From NCBI RefSeq assembly GCF_001194135.2, contig NC_068990.1, positions 25,328,740 to 25,392,739 of the forward strand: a stretch of 64,000 nt of DNA, in the 5' to 3' direction. A model generated the notes under the pieces. The model saw nothing but the letters and a program-made list of their open reading frames with translations, was not told the origin of the DNA and did not search any database. Positions 37,025 to 51,619 of the stretch are shown one piece after another (position 1 is the first letter of the stretch; each line of letters begins with the position of its first letter). The translations under genes and the position numbers were made by a program. The stretch comes from Octopus bimaculoides (taxonomy: Eukaryota).

Positions 37025-37385
37025 GGTATATATATGTATGTGTATATATATATGTATATATGTATATATACACAGATAGATAGATAGACAGACAGACAGA
37101 TGTGTATATATACATGTGTGTGTAGAGCATACATAAATTCATATATTTGAATATATTTTGTTCTATTTTGTCTTTATCTTCCACATTTGTTTACCTCTCC
37201 CCTCTCTCTCCCCTCTTTCTTTCCCTTCTCTCTGTATATATATATCCATATCCCTTCCATTCTTACTCATATCTTCCCACCAAGGAATAACACTTCTTTG
37301 TATCGTAATGATAAAAAAGAAAACAATAAAAAAAGAATAGAAAAAGAAAATATTCTTAATGAAACTCATCCATGACATCTTCTAG

Positions 37386-37446
37386 CTTCATGTTTAACTC
37401 TTGGTTGGGGAAGCTGTTTACCAGATGAGCTGGGTGTCAGTCATTG
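37386..37446 (+). other. Candidate coding exon (SCLTLGWGSCLPDELGVSH), unidentified
   Basis: Acceptor catcttctag, donor TTG/gtaagg. The phase-1 start is compatible with the phase-1 end of 32500-32534. Confidence 0.25.
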
Positions 37447-40400
37447 GTAAGGAGGTTAAGATTTCGTGAATCTCATTAACTAGAGTTTGTCAATTAACTT
37501 CAGAATAATATGTGAGTACGTGTGAGTATATATAAATATATATATATATGTATATGAATTTTATGAAGTAGGAAAACTCAATGATGGAACTGCTAGTCAG
37601 ATTACATATCAGGTTGTAATGCAATTCACTTTTACACGTGAAATGTGAATGTCATCGTAACCTCATTTTTAATATGTTTTTCTTCTTTGATAAGAAAAGA
37701 TTCATCAAGAACGCACCAGTGAATCTAAGGGTGAAAGATTAGCAGAACCATCAAAGCATCAGACAAAATTCTTACCCAGATAGCCCTGTCTACTATGAAA
37801 TGTCAAAAAATTTTGTTACATTTCTACAAACTGTTCCATCACACAATTAAAGAAGCAATGGAATTGTGTTAGGGACCAAGCTATAGAAGACTGATGGATT
37901 TTTGGAAATATTGGTTTCAAATTTTGACATAAGGACAGCAATTTCAAGTAGAGGTTAAATTAATTACATTGGTCCCAGAAGGATAAAAGCAAAGGTCAAC
38001 CTTGGCAGAATTTGAATATAAAGACAGACGAACTGCTGTAAGCATTTTTCCCAGTGTTAATGATTCTGTCAGTTTGCCACCTTATATATGCGCACGCACA
38101 TGCACACACACATACACACACACATGCATAAATTCATATATTTGAATATATTTTATTCTGTTTTGTCTTTTTCTTTCACATTTGTTTACCTCTTCCCTCT
38201 CTGACAGAATCGTTAGCAGACTGGGGAAAATGCTTAACAGCATTTCGTCCATCTTTATATTCAAATTCTGCCGAGGTTGATATTTCCTTTTATCCTTCTG
38301 CAGTGCAGACTTCAACATGATGGGTTGGGGGTCTCTATCATGGTAACGCATGCTGAGGAAGCTGAGGCTATTATGCCAGTGCAGAAACCAGTCCATGTGA
38401 GTCCAAATATTTGAATGTATACTGGGAGATTGTCTTAGCCTGTTTGCCTTCAGACGGTTGATTTCTGTAGTTATTACCAGTGTACTTTGGCAATTTAGAT
38501 TAGAGTTTTGACTGTTATTTCCAGCAGGTAGACATACTTAGTATGTTCTTTGATTAATTTTAATCCTTCAGCTATTTAACACTTTTTGGGGAAAACCTTG
38601 AAATACATTCTGTGTCTCAGAGATCACTTATATATAATTATATATGTCTTTGCAAACCCCTTTTCTTTCTCTTTGATAAAGAGTAAATTCCATAAAAAAT
38701 TAAGGTTTGACCATGTTAACTCCAATAGATGCCCCAATAAGGGTTGGGGAAATTTCATTTCATCTTATTTTGACCTAGCTCCCTTACAATTTTGTATCAA
38801 GAGGCTATTTTACCTACAAGGTCTCCTTACTATCACAAATGCCCGTATTTTGAATATGTCATGCATGTACAATACAATTTAAAGATATAAAAATTTCAAA
38901 GTAGGACTAAAAATTGTATATGCATGCCATTAACCTATCCATTGATATGTCTCTTGGAACATTTTGACCTCTTGTGGACCCTAAGGAGTTCCAGGGACCA
39001 TCAGTTGGGTAACACTGCATTAACAGATCAAATGGAATACTTTGTCATATTTGTTTCAGTTTGTTGAGTTTAAATCCTGCTGAAATAATCTTTGCATTCT
39101 GGGCTCAATAGATAAAGCTCTAGACAGGTAGGGAAGTTGGTTTTTCCCCCTCTTTTTCTCAGAATCAGTCATGTTGTGCCATAAATATTGCTAGCTGTAA
39201 AGATCCACACATAGTGTCCTTTTCACCAGAAATAGTGAAAGGTTTGAGCAAGGGTTAGCTACCACTTCTCATAGAAATAGAAAGAACAAAAACAAAAACC
39301 TGATATGGTATTGGAGGTGGACAAAGATAGACTGATGGGTAGCACAGTGTAGAAGAAAAATAAAGAAAATGAAGAGGGTGGTATTATAGAGTAAGAGGCA
39401 AGTTACTGGGGTTCAATTACTAGTTCAGTCTCACTTTACATTTGTCAAAAATATCTTTGGCAAGGGCATGAAGACCACACAGTATCATTCTGTTGCCAAT
39501 TGTTTACCTTGTGCCCAAGTACAAAATCAGTATTAACTCTAACACTAATGAAAACCTACAGTGCAATCTCGATCTGCTAGAAATAGCAACCAAATATACT
39601 GGAGTTGACCCAGAACTAAACAACAGCAACAATAGCAAGAACAACAACAAAAAGAACAGCAACATCAACTGAAATGGTAATTGGTACTAATACAAGCAAT
39701 AACTTGTAGAATATCAGAATGTTCTATAATGTTCTCAAACAGTGATTGTAGCATATAATAGCCACTCGAAATCAATAACACTGTAACTCATATTTCAACA
39801 GTTATTGAATATTTGAAATGTTCTACGTTTTATTGAGATCTAAGTGATCATTTTGTGATGGTTGTAATATTTTTATGTTCCTCTTAATTCAATTCTTTCT
39901 GACCAGGGGAAAAGAAAATCAATCTCCTACAGACATACACAAAAGACAGGAGATGCAATAAGGGAGCTTCTATGTGGTCAACTGACTTGCTAAAAAGAGA
40001 AGCCAAACATCTCTCAAATTGCATACTACTGCTATAATGCTCTAGCATTCATTTTGCCATCAAATGTAATGCTTATTTATTCACATTGTCTTGAATCAAT
40101 CATGCACTATCTTGTAGCTTAGAGATCTTGACGACGCAATTGCTTATTTTTAGACTGACAATGTAGGACGGGTGAGAGAAGCCAGATTGAACATAAAGCA
40201 AGTAGACTAAATGGGTCACATTTGGCCATTTTAAATGTTAAAAGTTAAAGAAAGAAAAGACACATTGGATAATATACACCTATTTGAAAAATGTATTTTC
40301 TCTTTGGTAAGAATGATAAACAAACTTCATAGAAAAATGTTTTTTTCTAAATCTGTTTTATTGAGGCAGTGAGTTACACTCATGTGATTTCTGTTACCAT

Positions 40401-41913
40401 TGTAAACCTCACTAAGGTCAACTTTATTTTTCCTCCTTTTAGGGTTTTTGTTTTCTTTTTTTATTTTTCTTGTTTCAGTCACAAGACTGTGGCCATGCCG
40501 CAGCACCACCTTGAAGAATTTAGTCAAACAAATTGACTTCAGCACTTACTTCTTTTTAAAGCCTGCCACTTATTCTATCATTTTGTTTTGCCAAATTGCT
40601 ATGTAACAGGAATTTAAACACTCCAATACCAGTTGACAAGCGATGGTGGGGAGCAAACACAAAGACACACACACACACACACATACATAAATATATAAAG
40701 TAACAAACTAAGGAAAGGAAATCCTTCAAAGGAGTGTGTAAAACATCCAATTCACTGGTACATCAGTTGAATACCACATAAAAATGGGTATAATCCAGTG
40801 AATTGGATGTTTTACTGTTAACACTCACATTCAGTCATTTTGTTTAAGGCTCTAACACTGAGCGAGACTTGAACTCACAATGTGGAGGGAAGAAACCAAA
40901 TACCACAAGATATTTTGTTTGATACTCTACCAATTCTGCCTTACGTTTAGTTCTATACACCAAAACAATTTTAAGAAAATTCTTGTGAAAGAAACAAGAT
41001 ACCCGGTTTGGTAGATTGCTTGATGAGAGTACAAAGTGTTTTCATTAATGTAGTTTATTTGAAAATATTTTTTAGTTCACTTTATTTTCCATTAAAGTGT
41101 CTGCCAAATAAAAGTAACGAATGGGTGAAATTAGTAACTTCCTGGATTAAACTAATTTCTCTGCATCCATTAGAGATCATGTATTATCATATTTAATGAT
41201 GACTAAACAAACATGATTGGACACATCAAAAGGACACTTACACTAATGTGAATGGCTAAAAACAGTGAAGAAAATGGATGATGATGATGATGATGATGTA
41301 GTATTGGTTGTTGTGGTGTTTCTTTTCTAAACTTTTTTTGTGATTTTATTGATTGTGTTTTAAAGATGTTTTTGGCTAAATTGAATGGTAAAAGTTTAAT
41401 GTAATCTATGAGTGTTGTACCAAAGAGTTTCAGCTTCTAATACATACATACATAGTTAAATTTGATTTGGGTAAAAACCTTATAGAATGTTATGTAAAGC
41501 TCATCCACAGCCATTAGCTACCTGATGTCGTCGTACAATGGGAATGCTCATACATACGTATGTATGTATGCTTATCCTGTGTGTTTGTATGTATATATTG
41601 ATTTATTGAGAGCAGCCTTAACCGTCTTGCTATTTAGCCCTAGGTCAGATCTAATCAAGCAGGCTTATGGACAAAGGTGCTTTGGTCTTGATCATCTCAG
41701 CTTGATTTCAAACATTGATAACTATGTCATCGAACTTCTTCTTTTCTACAATACAGTCTAGTATGCTTTGAGATATATTTGTAGCAAGTTAGTCAACCAC
41801 ATAAATACTTCCTTCCTTGCTCAACCTTAGTATAGTTAGTACAGGCACTTATTTTATTGAGCAGGCAACAATCAAAATCAGTAATGATTCAAATATGATC
41901 TCATGATGTAGAG

Positions 41914-42237
41914 CATAGGTTTTCAAAGTGGGTGCGCCCCCCCCCCCCGCTTCTAATGGGCATTGAGATGGTCCAGGTGAGTGCTGGTGTCTAAGGGGAC
42001 AGTAGAGAAAAAGGAGGCATTGGGAGAAAGGCAGTGGATTGGGGACGCTTATGAATTTATAATATTATAGTATTGTATACAAATTGTATAATATTATTAA
42101 ATATCAAATGATTCATAGTTTATATAAATTAGTAAAATATAGAATTTTTATTTATACATAAAAATAGGGGTGGGGGTACTGAGGGTATTATGTGGCCATG
42201 AGGTGGAGCGTTGGCCCAAAATGTTTGGGAACTTCTG
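41914..42237. mobile_element. hAT-like MITE with 8-bp TSD
   Basis: Imperfect TIR cataggttttcaaa / tttgggaacttctg; flanks atgtagag / atgtagaa match at 7 of 8. Confidence 0.7.
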
Positions 42238-45200
42238 ATGTAGAAAAACAAAAGTAATCATTGTAATGTATTAAATGAAGGAATCTAATGAACAACTGGA
42301 TTGACAATACACTTGTCACACATCTCTTTATTAATCCACAGTTACTTGACAGTTTTGTTGTGGCAGTATAGTAGTAGTAGTAGTTTGAGAGCATGCACTG
42401 TAGCTGTGTCTTGTTGCATCCACTATTTGTTGGTGATTCCCTACTCCTGGCAGATGACAACTTTGCACCACTCAGGCAACAACCCTCCAACACGTGGGTC
42501 TGTTTGTGTTACTGGTTACTGGTGAGGGTTTTAAGAGGCCAAAGTGCATATTGTACCTCAAAGTGGCAATATGGTCCTGGCAAACTACATTTCTGTTACA
42601 GCTTTGAGTAATGAGTAATTTCCCTTATTTCTGTTCCTTGTATCTTTGTCTTTCATTGACACCTCTCATGATGTCTTTGTATTTCTTGGAGAGTGACAAT
42701 ATGAAAGAATTCATGCAAATACGTGCACCTGTCATTCTGACAACAATGGTGAAGACTACCATCACCACCATCATTACACCTGTCATCATCATCACCACCA
42801 TCACAACCACCACCACCACCATCACCACCACAGCCACCACTATCACCACCACCTCCACAAACTTATTCCTCACCATCACAAAACAAATTACTGGTTGACA
42901 CTAAAGATATGCGAAGGGATCGGCAGAGCTTAATGGAGCCATTGAAACTGAACTGGTTACACAGGATTTCTTGCACTGAATTCCTGTGAACTGCTTCAAT
43001 ACCAAGAGGAAGGGCAATGCTCCACTGTCACAGCTTGTGATGTGGAACTGTGTGTGGGTTAGCAAGCATTGACAATTCACAGTTTAACAAATTAGTTTGT
43101 TGATGTGGGTTGACCTGATCACAACCTCAATTACCCATCCCAACAATTTTTTTATTCAATCATAGCTGTTCTTACACAAATTTTTTTTAATGTACCTTTC
43201 TCTCTTGCAAGTTCTGTAGGATGATACAGGTTGTAGTTTGAGGGTGATTTGGCTACTATTTCTTGTCACTCAATTGATTGCAGGAAAACTGCTTTTGAAA
43301 TTTGAATGTCATTAGTATATACTAAAAGACAGCCAAAACTTGACAGAGTCACGTTGGACAGATAGCTTTGCAGTAATCATTCTGGCTTTCTGCATGCTGA
43401 GTTCAAGTCCTGCTTAGATCAACTTTGCTTTTCATCCTTTCAGGGTTGGGAAGTAAAGTACCAGTCCTGTGCTGAGGTCAATTTTCTTCCTCTTTCTCTC
43501 CTTTGAGAAATTGTCTAAAAACCCTAACTCCACCAAGTCTTAAAATGTCCATGGCACACTATGCGTCATGATGATGCCCCTACAACTCCACTGAAGTGTT
43601 AAGGGGCCCATGGCATGGTATGGTGTGTACTCACTGACAGATCTATAAAAGGTTATGAGTAAGATTTATCAATGAGTGAATCAGGCCATGAGGTGGCTCA
43701 TTAAGTTGTTTATTGTCTTTTAATTTTTCCCCCCACTCCACTCCTGTCAGAGAGTGTTGGTGGGAAGCAGATTGGGGGTGGTAGGATTGGTCGAGTGCAC
43801 TTAGAACTTAGGAACATCGTGTTACATTTTGAGTTTCAATTCCATTGAGACTGACTTTCCCTTTCATAATGCTGTGGTCAGATGAAATAAATACTAAAAT
43901 ACCAGTTGAGTATTTAAACACACTTTTGTAATTTTCTACCAATCCTAAAATTTACATATACATACATGTGTGTGTGTGTGTGTGCATATGTATGTATATC
44001 TATGTATGTACATGCGTATACATATACATATAAACATGTATGTATAATATATATATATATATATCTGTGACCTCTTTAGCGACACTTTTCATTTTCGTGT
44101 GTGCTCTTGCTTCACTTACAACATATCATCATCATTATCATCATTGTTTAACGTCCGCTTTCCATGCTAGCATGGGTTGGACGATTTCACTGGAGACTGA
44201 CGAACCAGATGGCTGCACCAGGCTCCAATCTGATCTGGCAGAGTTTCTACAGCTGGATGCCCTTCTTAATACCAACCACTCCGAGTGTGTAGTAGGAGCT
44301 TTTACATGCCACTGGCACGAGGGCCAGTCAAGCGGTACTGATATATATATATGTGATAGAAACATGGCTTTCTGGTATTGCTGTAATTGTTTCATTAGGA
44401 GTCTTTATTATGATGTAAACATAATACAATTATACAATTAGTGGGTTTGCGTAATATGTTACATAACTCCAAACCTCATCAGTTTGTGTTTTTAAGGGTG
44501 GTCATAGAGTGTCAAAAGAAAGGTCTTGTGGTATTTACCTACAATTTTAAAAAAATGAAAATTAGGGGCTTTAAACCCATTAGAGTTGGCGTTTTTGCAA
44601 AATCTTTTCTTTGTTGATAAACTAGATACCACATGTAATATAATGAGTGATTTAAATAGCATATATATATATATATGTATGAAGGTCCTTGAAAGGTAGA
44701 AAAATGGAACATTTCCAATGCAACATTCAACCTAGGCTCAAGATTATCAACACTCTCGAATTGGAGTCTCAATGTAGAAAATCCAAGTATCACATCAGTA
44801 AATCCAATGTGGGGGTTTAGCAAAAAGTAAAATATAATCCAATTAAGGTGAGAAAGAAATAGTTTAGCACATCTTTAACGACCAGTTACAACTGTTTCAG
44901 TACCACTCTGTTTTTAACGCTATCACATGCAAAAGTTTTGTGTGAAAAGTTACATAATATTTACTGTTTTAAACACGAGAGGTTCACTTTATCAGATTTG
45001 CATCAAAAGATGTGCTCTTACATTGTGCTTCTGTCAAACATTGCATTTTGCTTATATCAAGAGGAAACAGTGCAATGGTGTCAAAAACAGTGGTACCAAA
45101 ACAATTGCAATTGGTCATCAAAGCTGTACCAAACTCTTTTTTCGTCTCCTCATTTGGCTTATATATGTGCGTTTGTGTGTGCCTGTGTGTATTTATCCCC

Positions 45201-46809
45201 CTCCACTGCTTGACAATTTGTGTTAGTTTATTTATGTCCTTGTAATAACTTAGCAGCATGGCAAAAAGAGACCAACAGAATCAGTATGAGACTTAAAATA
45301 AGTACTAAGGATGGGAGGTGATTTGTTTAACTAACTTTACAAGGGTGTGCTCCACCGTGGCCACAATCGAATGACTGAAACATGTAAGAGTGAAAGCAAT
45401 GTGCTTCTTGCAAAATACAATTAGAATATTCATGAACTGAAAGAATGTATGCGACCATTGCAAACCTGTTTTATACTTGTACTTTCTAAGAAATAAGTAT
45501 GTATACATTGAGAATGTACTACCTCTCACTACTTTTACACACTATTTTGAATTAATGTGCTGTTTGTGAACAAAGCTTATATTCTCATTAAATGACACGG
45601 TGTTTATATTATCAAGCTAATATTATCAAGTTTAACATGTCCTGTTTCAATAGAGAGGAGTGTCTACTGATCCAACACAGGTGTTTTTAAGCAGAGACCC
45701 ATGTTTCAAATAATGGCCAATTTTCCCTCAAGTCACAACCAATACCTTAGATAAAGAAGGATGCGTTAGAAAAATGTAGGTTTATTGTCTATATATATAG
45801 GCACTAGTATGGGTGTGAAGCTTGTTTCCCAATCATGTGGTCTTGGGTTCAGTCCCACTGTGCAGCACCTTGGGCAAGTGTCTTCTATTATAGCCTTGGG
45901 CTAGCCAAAACCTTGTAAGTGAATTTGGCAGATGGAAACTGTGGAAGCTTGTTGTATGTGTATACATACATACATACATACATATAAATGTATGTATGTG
46001 TATACATACATACATTTGTATATATATGAGAGGTATTGGTATCTAGAAGACGTATGTGGATGTATGTGTGTATGTATATGTATACATGTGTGTGTGTGCA
46101 TGCGTGTATGTGTATGTATGTGCGTGTATGTGTGCACATGTATGTGTATATGCATATACTTATGGATATGTGTATGTGTATATGTATATGTATACTTGTA
46201 TATGTATACTTGTATATGCATATGTGTGTATATGTATATACGTGTATGTGTGTGTACGTGTATATATATGCATGCATGCATACAGGTTTAAATACACAAG
46301 TATGCAGGCCTATATAATAATGCATACACACACATATATGTACATGTGTGCATCAATATACACTTCTTTCTTTCTTTCTCTCTGATTCCTCTACCCACAC
46401 TATCATATTAGACAGTAGAATAAATACATACATAAGTATATTTATAGAAACTTGACCATTCTTAGTATTCTTCCCCTCTGTTTTGTGGTTTACAACTCAC
46501 TTTAGAAAACCCCTCTCCTATACCTTTTTCTGTACCCATCCCTTGATGCCACTCTAACATATCACCCCATCTCACACACCTCAAACATATTCATTACTTA
46601 CATTCTTATCTCTTCTTACCTCTTCCCTACTCCTCTCCCATTCCTCTCATAATATCTTGACCACCAACTAACACTTCTTTTTTCACTTTCTTACACTTTT
46701 CATTTTCTCTTCTTTCTTTTCTTCTTTTCTCACCTTTTCCTTTGACCTCTCTCTTCATTTTAATATACACATAAGATGTACACAGTAGCACTTCATTCAC
46801 CTTTATGTC

Positions 46810-47390
46810 CTAAGTCTAAGGAATATATTCACAGACACGACAGAGCTGGGACCTATATACACTGGAAGCTATGCCAACACTATGGAATAACAACAGAAAA
46901 AAGATGGTATAAACACACGCCAGAAAAGGTCACAGAAAACGAGAAAGCAAACATACTCTGGGATATGCCAATACACACAGATAGAGAAATTAAGGCAAAT
47001 AGACCAGATATAGTTGTCAAAGATCATGANNNNNNNNNNNNNNNNNNNNNNNNNNNNNNNNNNNNNNNNNAAACACTTTCAAAATACAAAGACCTGGAAA
47101 TAGAGATAACTTGAATGTGGAATCTAAAAACAGAAACAATTCCTATCATAGTAGGTGCCTTAGGTATAATAAAAAAATATTCAGACAAATACATAACAAA
47201 AACACCAGGACTTACAAATATATATAACATACAGAAAATTGCACTACTGGGTACTGCACACATTCTACGCAAAACACTTTCAATACAGTAAACATAAGAG
47301 CACCACAGCAAACCACAGCACATACCCAAGGCGCACAGAGCTGCGCTCGGTAGTGAAGTGAAAGCACGTTATAAAAATAAAACTACTGAA
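46810..47390 (+). mobile_element. R4/Dong-clade 3' fragment, subfamily B
   Basis: KEYIHRHDRAGTYIHWKLC...ILWDMPIHTDREIKANRPDIVVKD...KYKDLEIEI...IPIIVGALG...LLGTAHILRKTLSIQ*, followed by a 3' UTR and a long (AAT)n. Confidence 0.9.
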
Positions 47391-47440
47391 CAATAATAAT
47401 AATAACAATGATAATAATAAAAATAACAATAATAACAATG

Positions 47441-47498
<58 letters not shown>

Positions 47499-47545
47499 TA
47501 AAAATAATAATAACAATAAAAATTTAAAAATAATAATAAAATAAA
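47391..47545. repeat. (AAT)n microsatellite
   Basis: Directly visible; it immediately follows the Dong element. Confidence 0.95.
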
Positions 47546-50500
47546 GATAATGATAATAAAGATGATGATGATGGTGGCGGCAGTGGCGACGATGATGCCG
47601 ACTCCTTTCAAACCGGCAATAACAGATGTGTGACATTACATTAGTTTAACTTGGTTTCAAAACTGAAAATGGAGAAGAAAAAAATTAATAATTAGTAGCC
47701 ATAGTAGGATTTATTGAATGGACAAAATACAATATAGATGTCACTTTGGGAATTAATTAGTATTCACAGAATTGGGTTAATTACTTTTTTCTAAAGTCTA
47801 CTCAATAAGTATATGCATGCTACAACAAAACCAAGGAAATGAGTGGGTGGGGAAGGAATGAGTGGGGTGGGTGGGGTGGAGGAAAGGAGAAGAAAACAAA
47901 GTGAAATGTGAACTAAGATGATAAAGTTAAATGAAAAAATAAAATGAATTGTAGCCAATGTCTGGAAGAAAGAAAGACGAAAGAGTGTGTGGGTGTGTGC
48001 ACACATATGTGTCAGAATCATCGCCATCATAATCGTTTAACGTCAGTTTTCCATGTTAGCATGGGTTGGACGGTTCGACTGGGGTCTGGGAAGCCAGGAG
48101 GCTGCACCAGGCTCCAGTCTGATCTGGCAGTGTTTCTACAGCTGGATGCCCTTCCTAACGCAGACCACTCCGTATATGTATGTATGTATATAGTAAACTG
48201 TGTTATGATGTCAGCCAAACATCTACATTGAGCAGTGGAAACTACTGGAACAAATATTAAGTCATTATTTGTGTAAATGTAATTGCCAACTGAAATTGGA
48301 CAATGTACTGTCAATAATTAAGGAAATCAATTAAACTGTTGACTTGAATTTTTGAATAGAATTTTATTGTTGAATTGGTGATATATTGTACAGAAAAATT
48401 GACTTATTTAATGATGTTCATAGGTTATGTTTTTTAATTCATCTGAAATTTTTTTTTTTATATTCACAATGATATAGGAAAATGTTTGTGTGTGTATTTA
48501 TATATCTTTATATATAAATAAAGATATGTGTGTGTATATATATGTGTGTATGTGTGTGTATACATATTTATGTATATGTATATATATATGTTTATTACAT
48601 AATCACATGATCAACCAGACTATTGGATGCTGTTATACATTGCTGGTCACAATGCATTTTGCATCATTTTAGCATTTGAATGATGCCACCCTGCTGGTCA
48701 AGTGAGCAGACCAACATTGCCCCTGATCGGAAAGCTAGTCTGTTGCAGATGAGTGGACTGGAGCAATGTGAGCTGAGTGGACTGGAGTATCGTGAAATGA
48801 AGTGTTTTGCTCAAGAACACAATTCACAGCTGGTCTGAGAACTGAAACCATAATCATGAGATTGTGAATGCAACACACCTAACTACTAGACTATGTGCCT
48901 TCGCATGTGTATATTTTTGTATATACGTATCTATATGTGTATATGTGTGTGTATATGTTTAGGGTTGGGTGTGTGTGTAGTGAAGATGTGTTGCCAGTGG
49001 TGAGAGTGCCTGGACTATGGTCATATGTTGTTTCGTTCAATTCACCCAATGCATTGGGACGAGCATTATCTCCTTGAGCAAGACATTTCATGTTGTTCCA
49101 ATCCATACAGCTGAAAATGGGTACCAGCTTGTGCAGCCCTCTGATTCCGTCTTTCACCTTCCAGCTGTCGTATCCTTCCTTACTGTACCACTGGATCAAG
49201 TGTGGGAGGGTCAAAAGGGCATCTGTGTCTGCTCATGATTACATAGGCATTTAATCTTTTTGGTAAATCGATGCTATGTTACTAAGCCATACTCGTTCAT
49301 ATGTATGTGATGACTGGCTATACTCCCTGTGTGTGCGTGTGTGTGTGTGTGTGTGCGTGTGTGCGTGCGCCCGCTAACCTAAGAGAAAAGATAATCAGTT
49401 ATATCACAGTGTGGTTTACCAAACTGAACGAATTTAAGAAACGGGTCTTCTGACTGGGCTCAAAATATATTTAAGGTTTGCTACAGCACCTGTCAATGTG
49501 TTTCTCTCTCATTTTTAAATATATTTAATTTTTTTCCCGTTGGCTCATGCGCTTTGCTGTTAGTGTGCGTATGTATGTTTGACAGACAGACAAGCAAACA
49601 AAATTGATGTTTTTTTTTATTGGTTTTATTGGTTTAATGAAGTTAAGTTGAGATGATATCATTTCTGTTCGGTTTAATGTTTATTTCATTTAACTTTCAG
49701 TTAAACGGCCTGCCAAGTCAGTCAAATAAAACCCCTTCAATGTTTGCGTGGCATCCACTGACATCTGTTTGCCTTGGTTTCATATATGACTAAGTGCGGG
49801 GGAGAGAATAAGAGAGAACATTTCCTCGTGGAGGTATATATTCCATCAAAACGGAAATAATGTCATACGTTCCCCCGCCACCATATAGTAAAAACAGTTG
49901 TGAAGTTTGCATGTTGGGGAGAGAGGGGGGAATGACAATGAATGGATGAGGTGTAAAAACGAAACTTTCGATTCTCACATGCTCTGAGAAAATGACATAT
50001 AATGAAAAAACGAAATATAAGATAAAATAACATAAAATATAAAACTAATATTGTATAATAAAGGTGTAATCTCAGCTTGGGTTTGTTTATTTTTCTGTTA
50101 TTTTTCTTTTACTCTGTGCTTGAAATGTATTTCTTGATGTTGAATGAAATACTGACGCAACAACAATAAGAACAACAGACGCATACTTGTGATGAAGATA
50201 TGTCGTTTGTTGAAAAGTAAGCCTGGCACTGTTGAAAGACATCCTCAGGTGTTCAAACTGATAGAGGATGGAAGAGAAGAAGAGTAGAAGAAAAATAAAA
50301 TGACGACGGAAATGAAAGACACAAGATAATAGAGAAAGATATATGGAAACGGAAGAAGACTTAAGAAAATGGAAGAAGAAGGAAAGCTATAGAAAATGAA
50401 AGATAGACAAAAAGAGACAGTAAAAGATGGGAAAATGTAAAATGACTAAGGCAGCCGACAACAACACAAGAGCAGATAAAAGTTTCTTTCTCCTGAGGCC

Positions 50501-50610
50501 AAGAGAAAGCATTTTAACTATATTGTATTAATCATAGAGGATTATCATTTTAACTCATACGTCAGGCCATCGCATTTAAAAAAAAATTACACATCCACAA
50601 ATGCTAAATG

Positions 50611-51335
50611 TCAATATCATAAGGCAATTTTTATATCTATTTTAACATGGATGTATTTATTGTTAGAACACAAATACTGCAGTATTGGCCCCACAAAAGG
50701 CCTCTCATATAGACGTATGGTGTATAAAGGCATGGACATATATGCATAGCTGATGAGAATCGTCTGACATGGGATGGGCACCAGGACTGCCAGATTACTC
50801 GATTTCTGTGCTTCTTCTGTGGCAAGTTTGCATACCAGCCAAATCTCACTACCAACAATATATAGAATTGCAAGTGTCGATGAGAGGACCGCTCAGGGCG
50901 AATAACACAGCATTTGACATTCTACCAATACATCCACGTTAAATTGGATATAAAGATTACCTTTTGCCATTAATACTGCTTCTGTTGCTAACAATTATTT
51001 TTTAATAAGCCTTCTAACTATTTGTGACATCAGTGATTGAAAAGACACTTTAGTTCTATATATTGTTGGCAGCAAGATTTGGCTGGTATATGGAGTTGGA
51101 TGCCTGCCACTGAAGAAGTGCAGTTCACTGAAATCATGATCTAGTAGTTCCAATGCCTGTCCTAGACTTTTCTTGCCTGCTATGATATATGCCTATGCTT
51201 TTATGCACTAGGTGTCTATATAGGAGGACCTTTCAGGGAAAATATTACTATATTCAGCATTCTAACAATACCTCTACATTAAGTTGGATATAAAGATTAC
51301 CTTTTGATATTAATACTCTTCCATTGCTAATAATT
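50611..51335. repeat. Diverged local inverted plus direct duplication mosaic
   Basis: The reverse complement of 50611-50867 aligns with 51054-51313, and 50884-50995 aligns directly with 51224-51335. Confidence 0.8.
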
Positions 51336-51619
51336 ACCTGATAGTACAAGGCATGCTATAGAAACTCATCTGACCATTGTATTATCAGAGGCATGAAACT
51401 CATAGTAGCTTGCCATTAAATCCTGTCTACAGTTTCTCAAGTGAACCTCCTGGGCATTTGAGAGAATCTAAGTCCCGTGTGCCTTTAGTGCTTCTTGTTC
51501 CTGCACATCTACCACATACAAAGACAACTTTATCTGTTAATCTGTGATTCCACTGCACTTTTTATGTGTCCATAGTTTACACTGGGGGCAGTGAATGTAA
51601 TTTCTTCCAACTCCTTTCC

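Noticed and set aside
42454-42521. Plus-strand exon candidate (cag/ATGACAAC...ACTG/gtgagg)
   Set aside because: It lies within a diverged interspersed repeat also present at 20590-20790.
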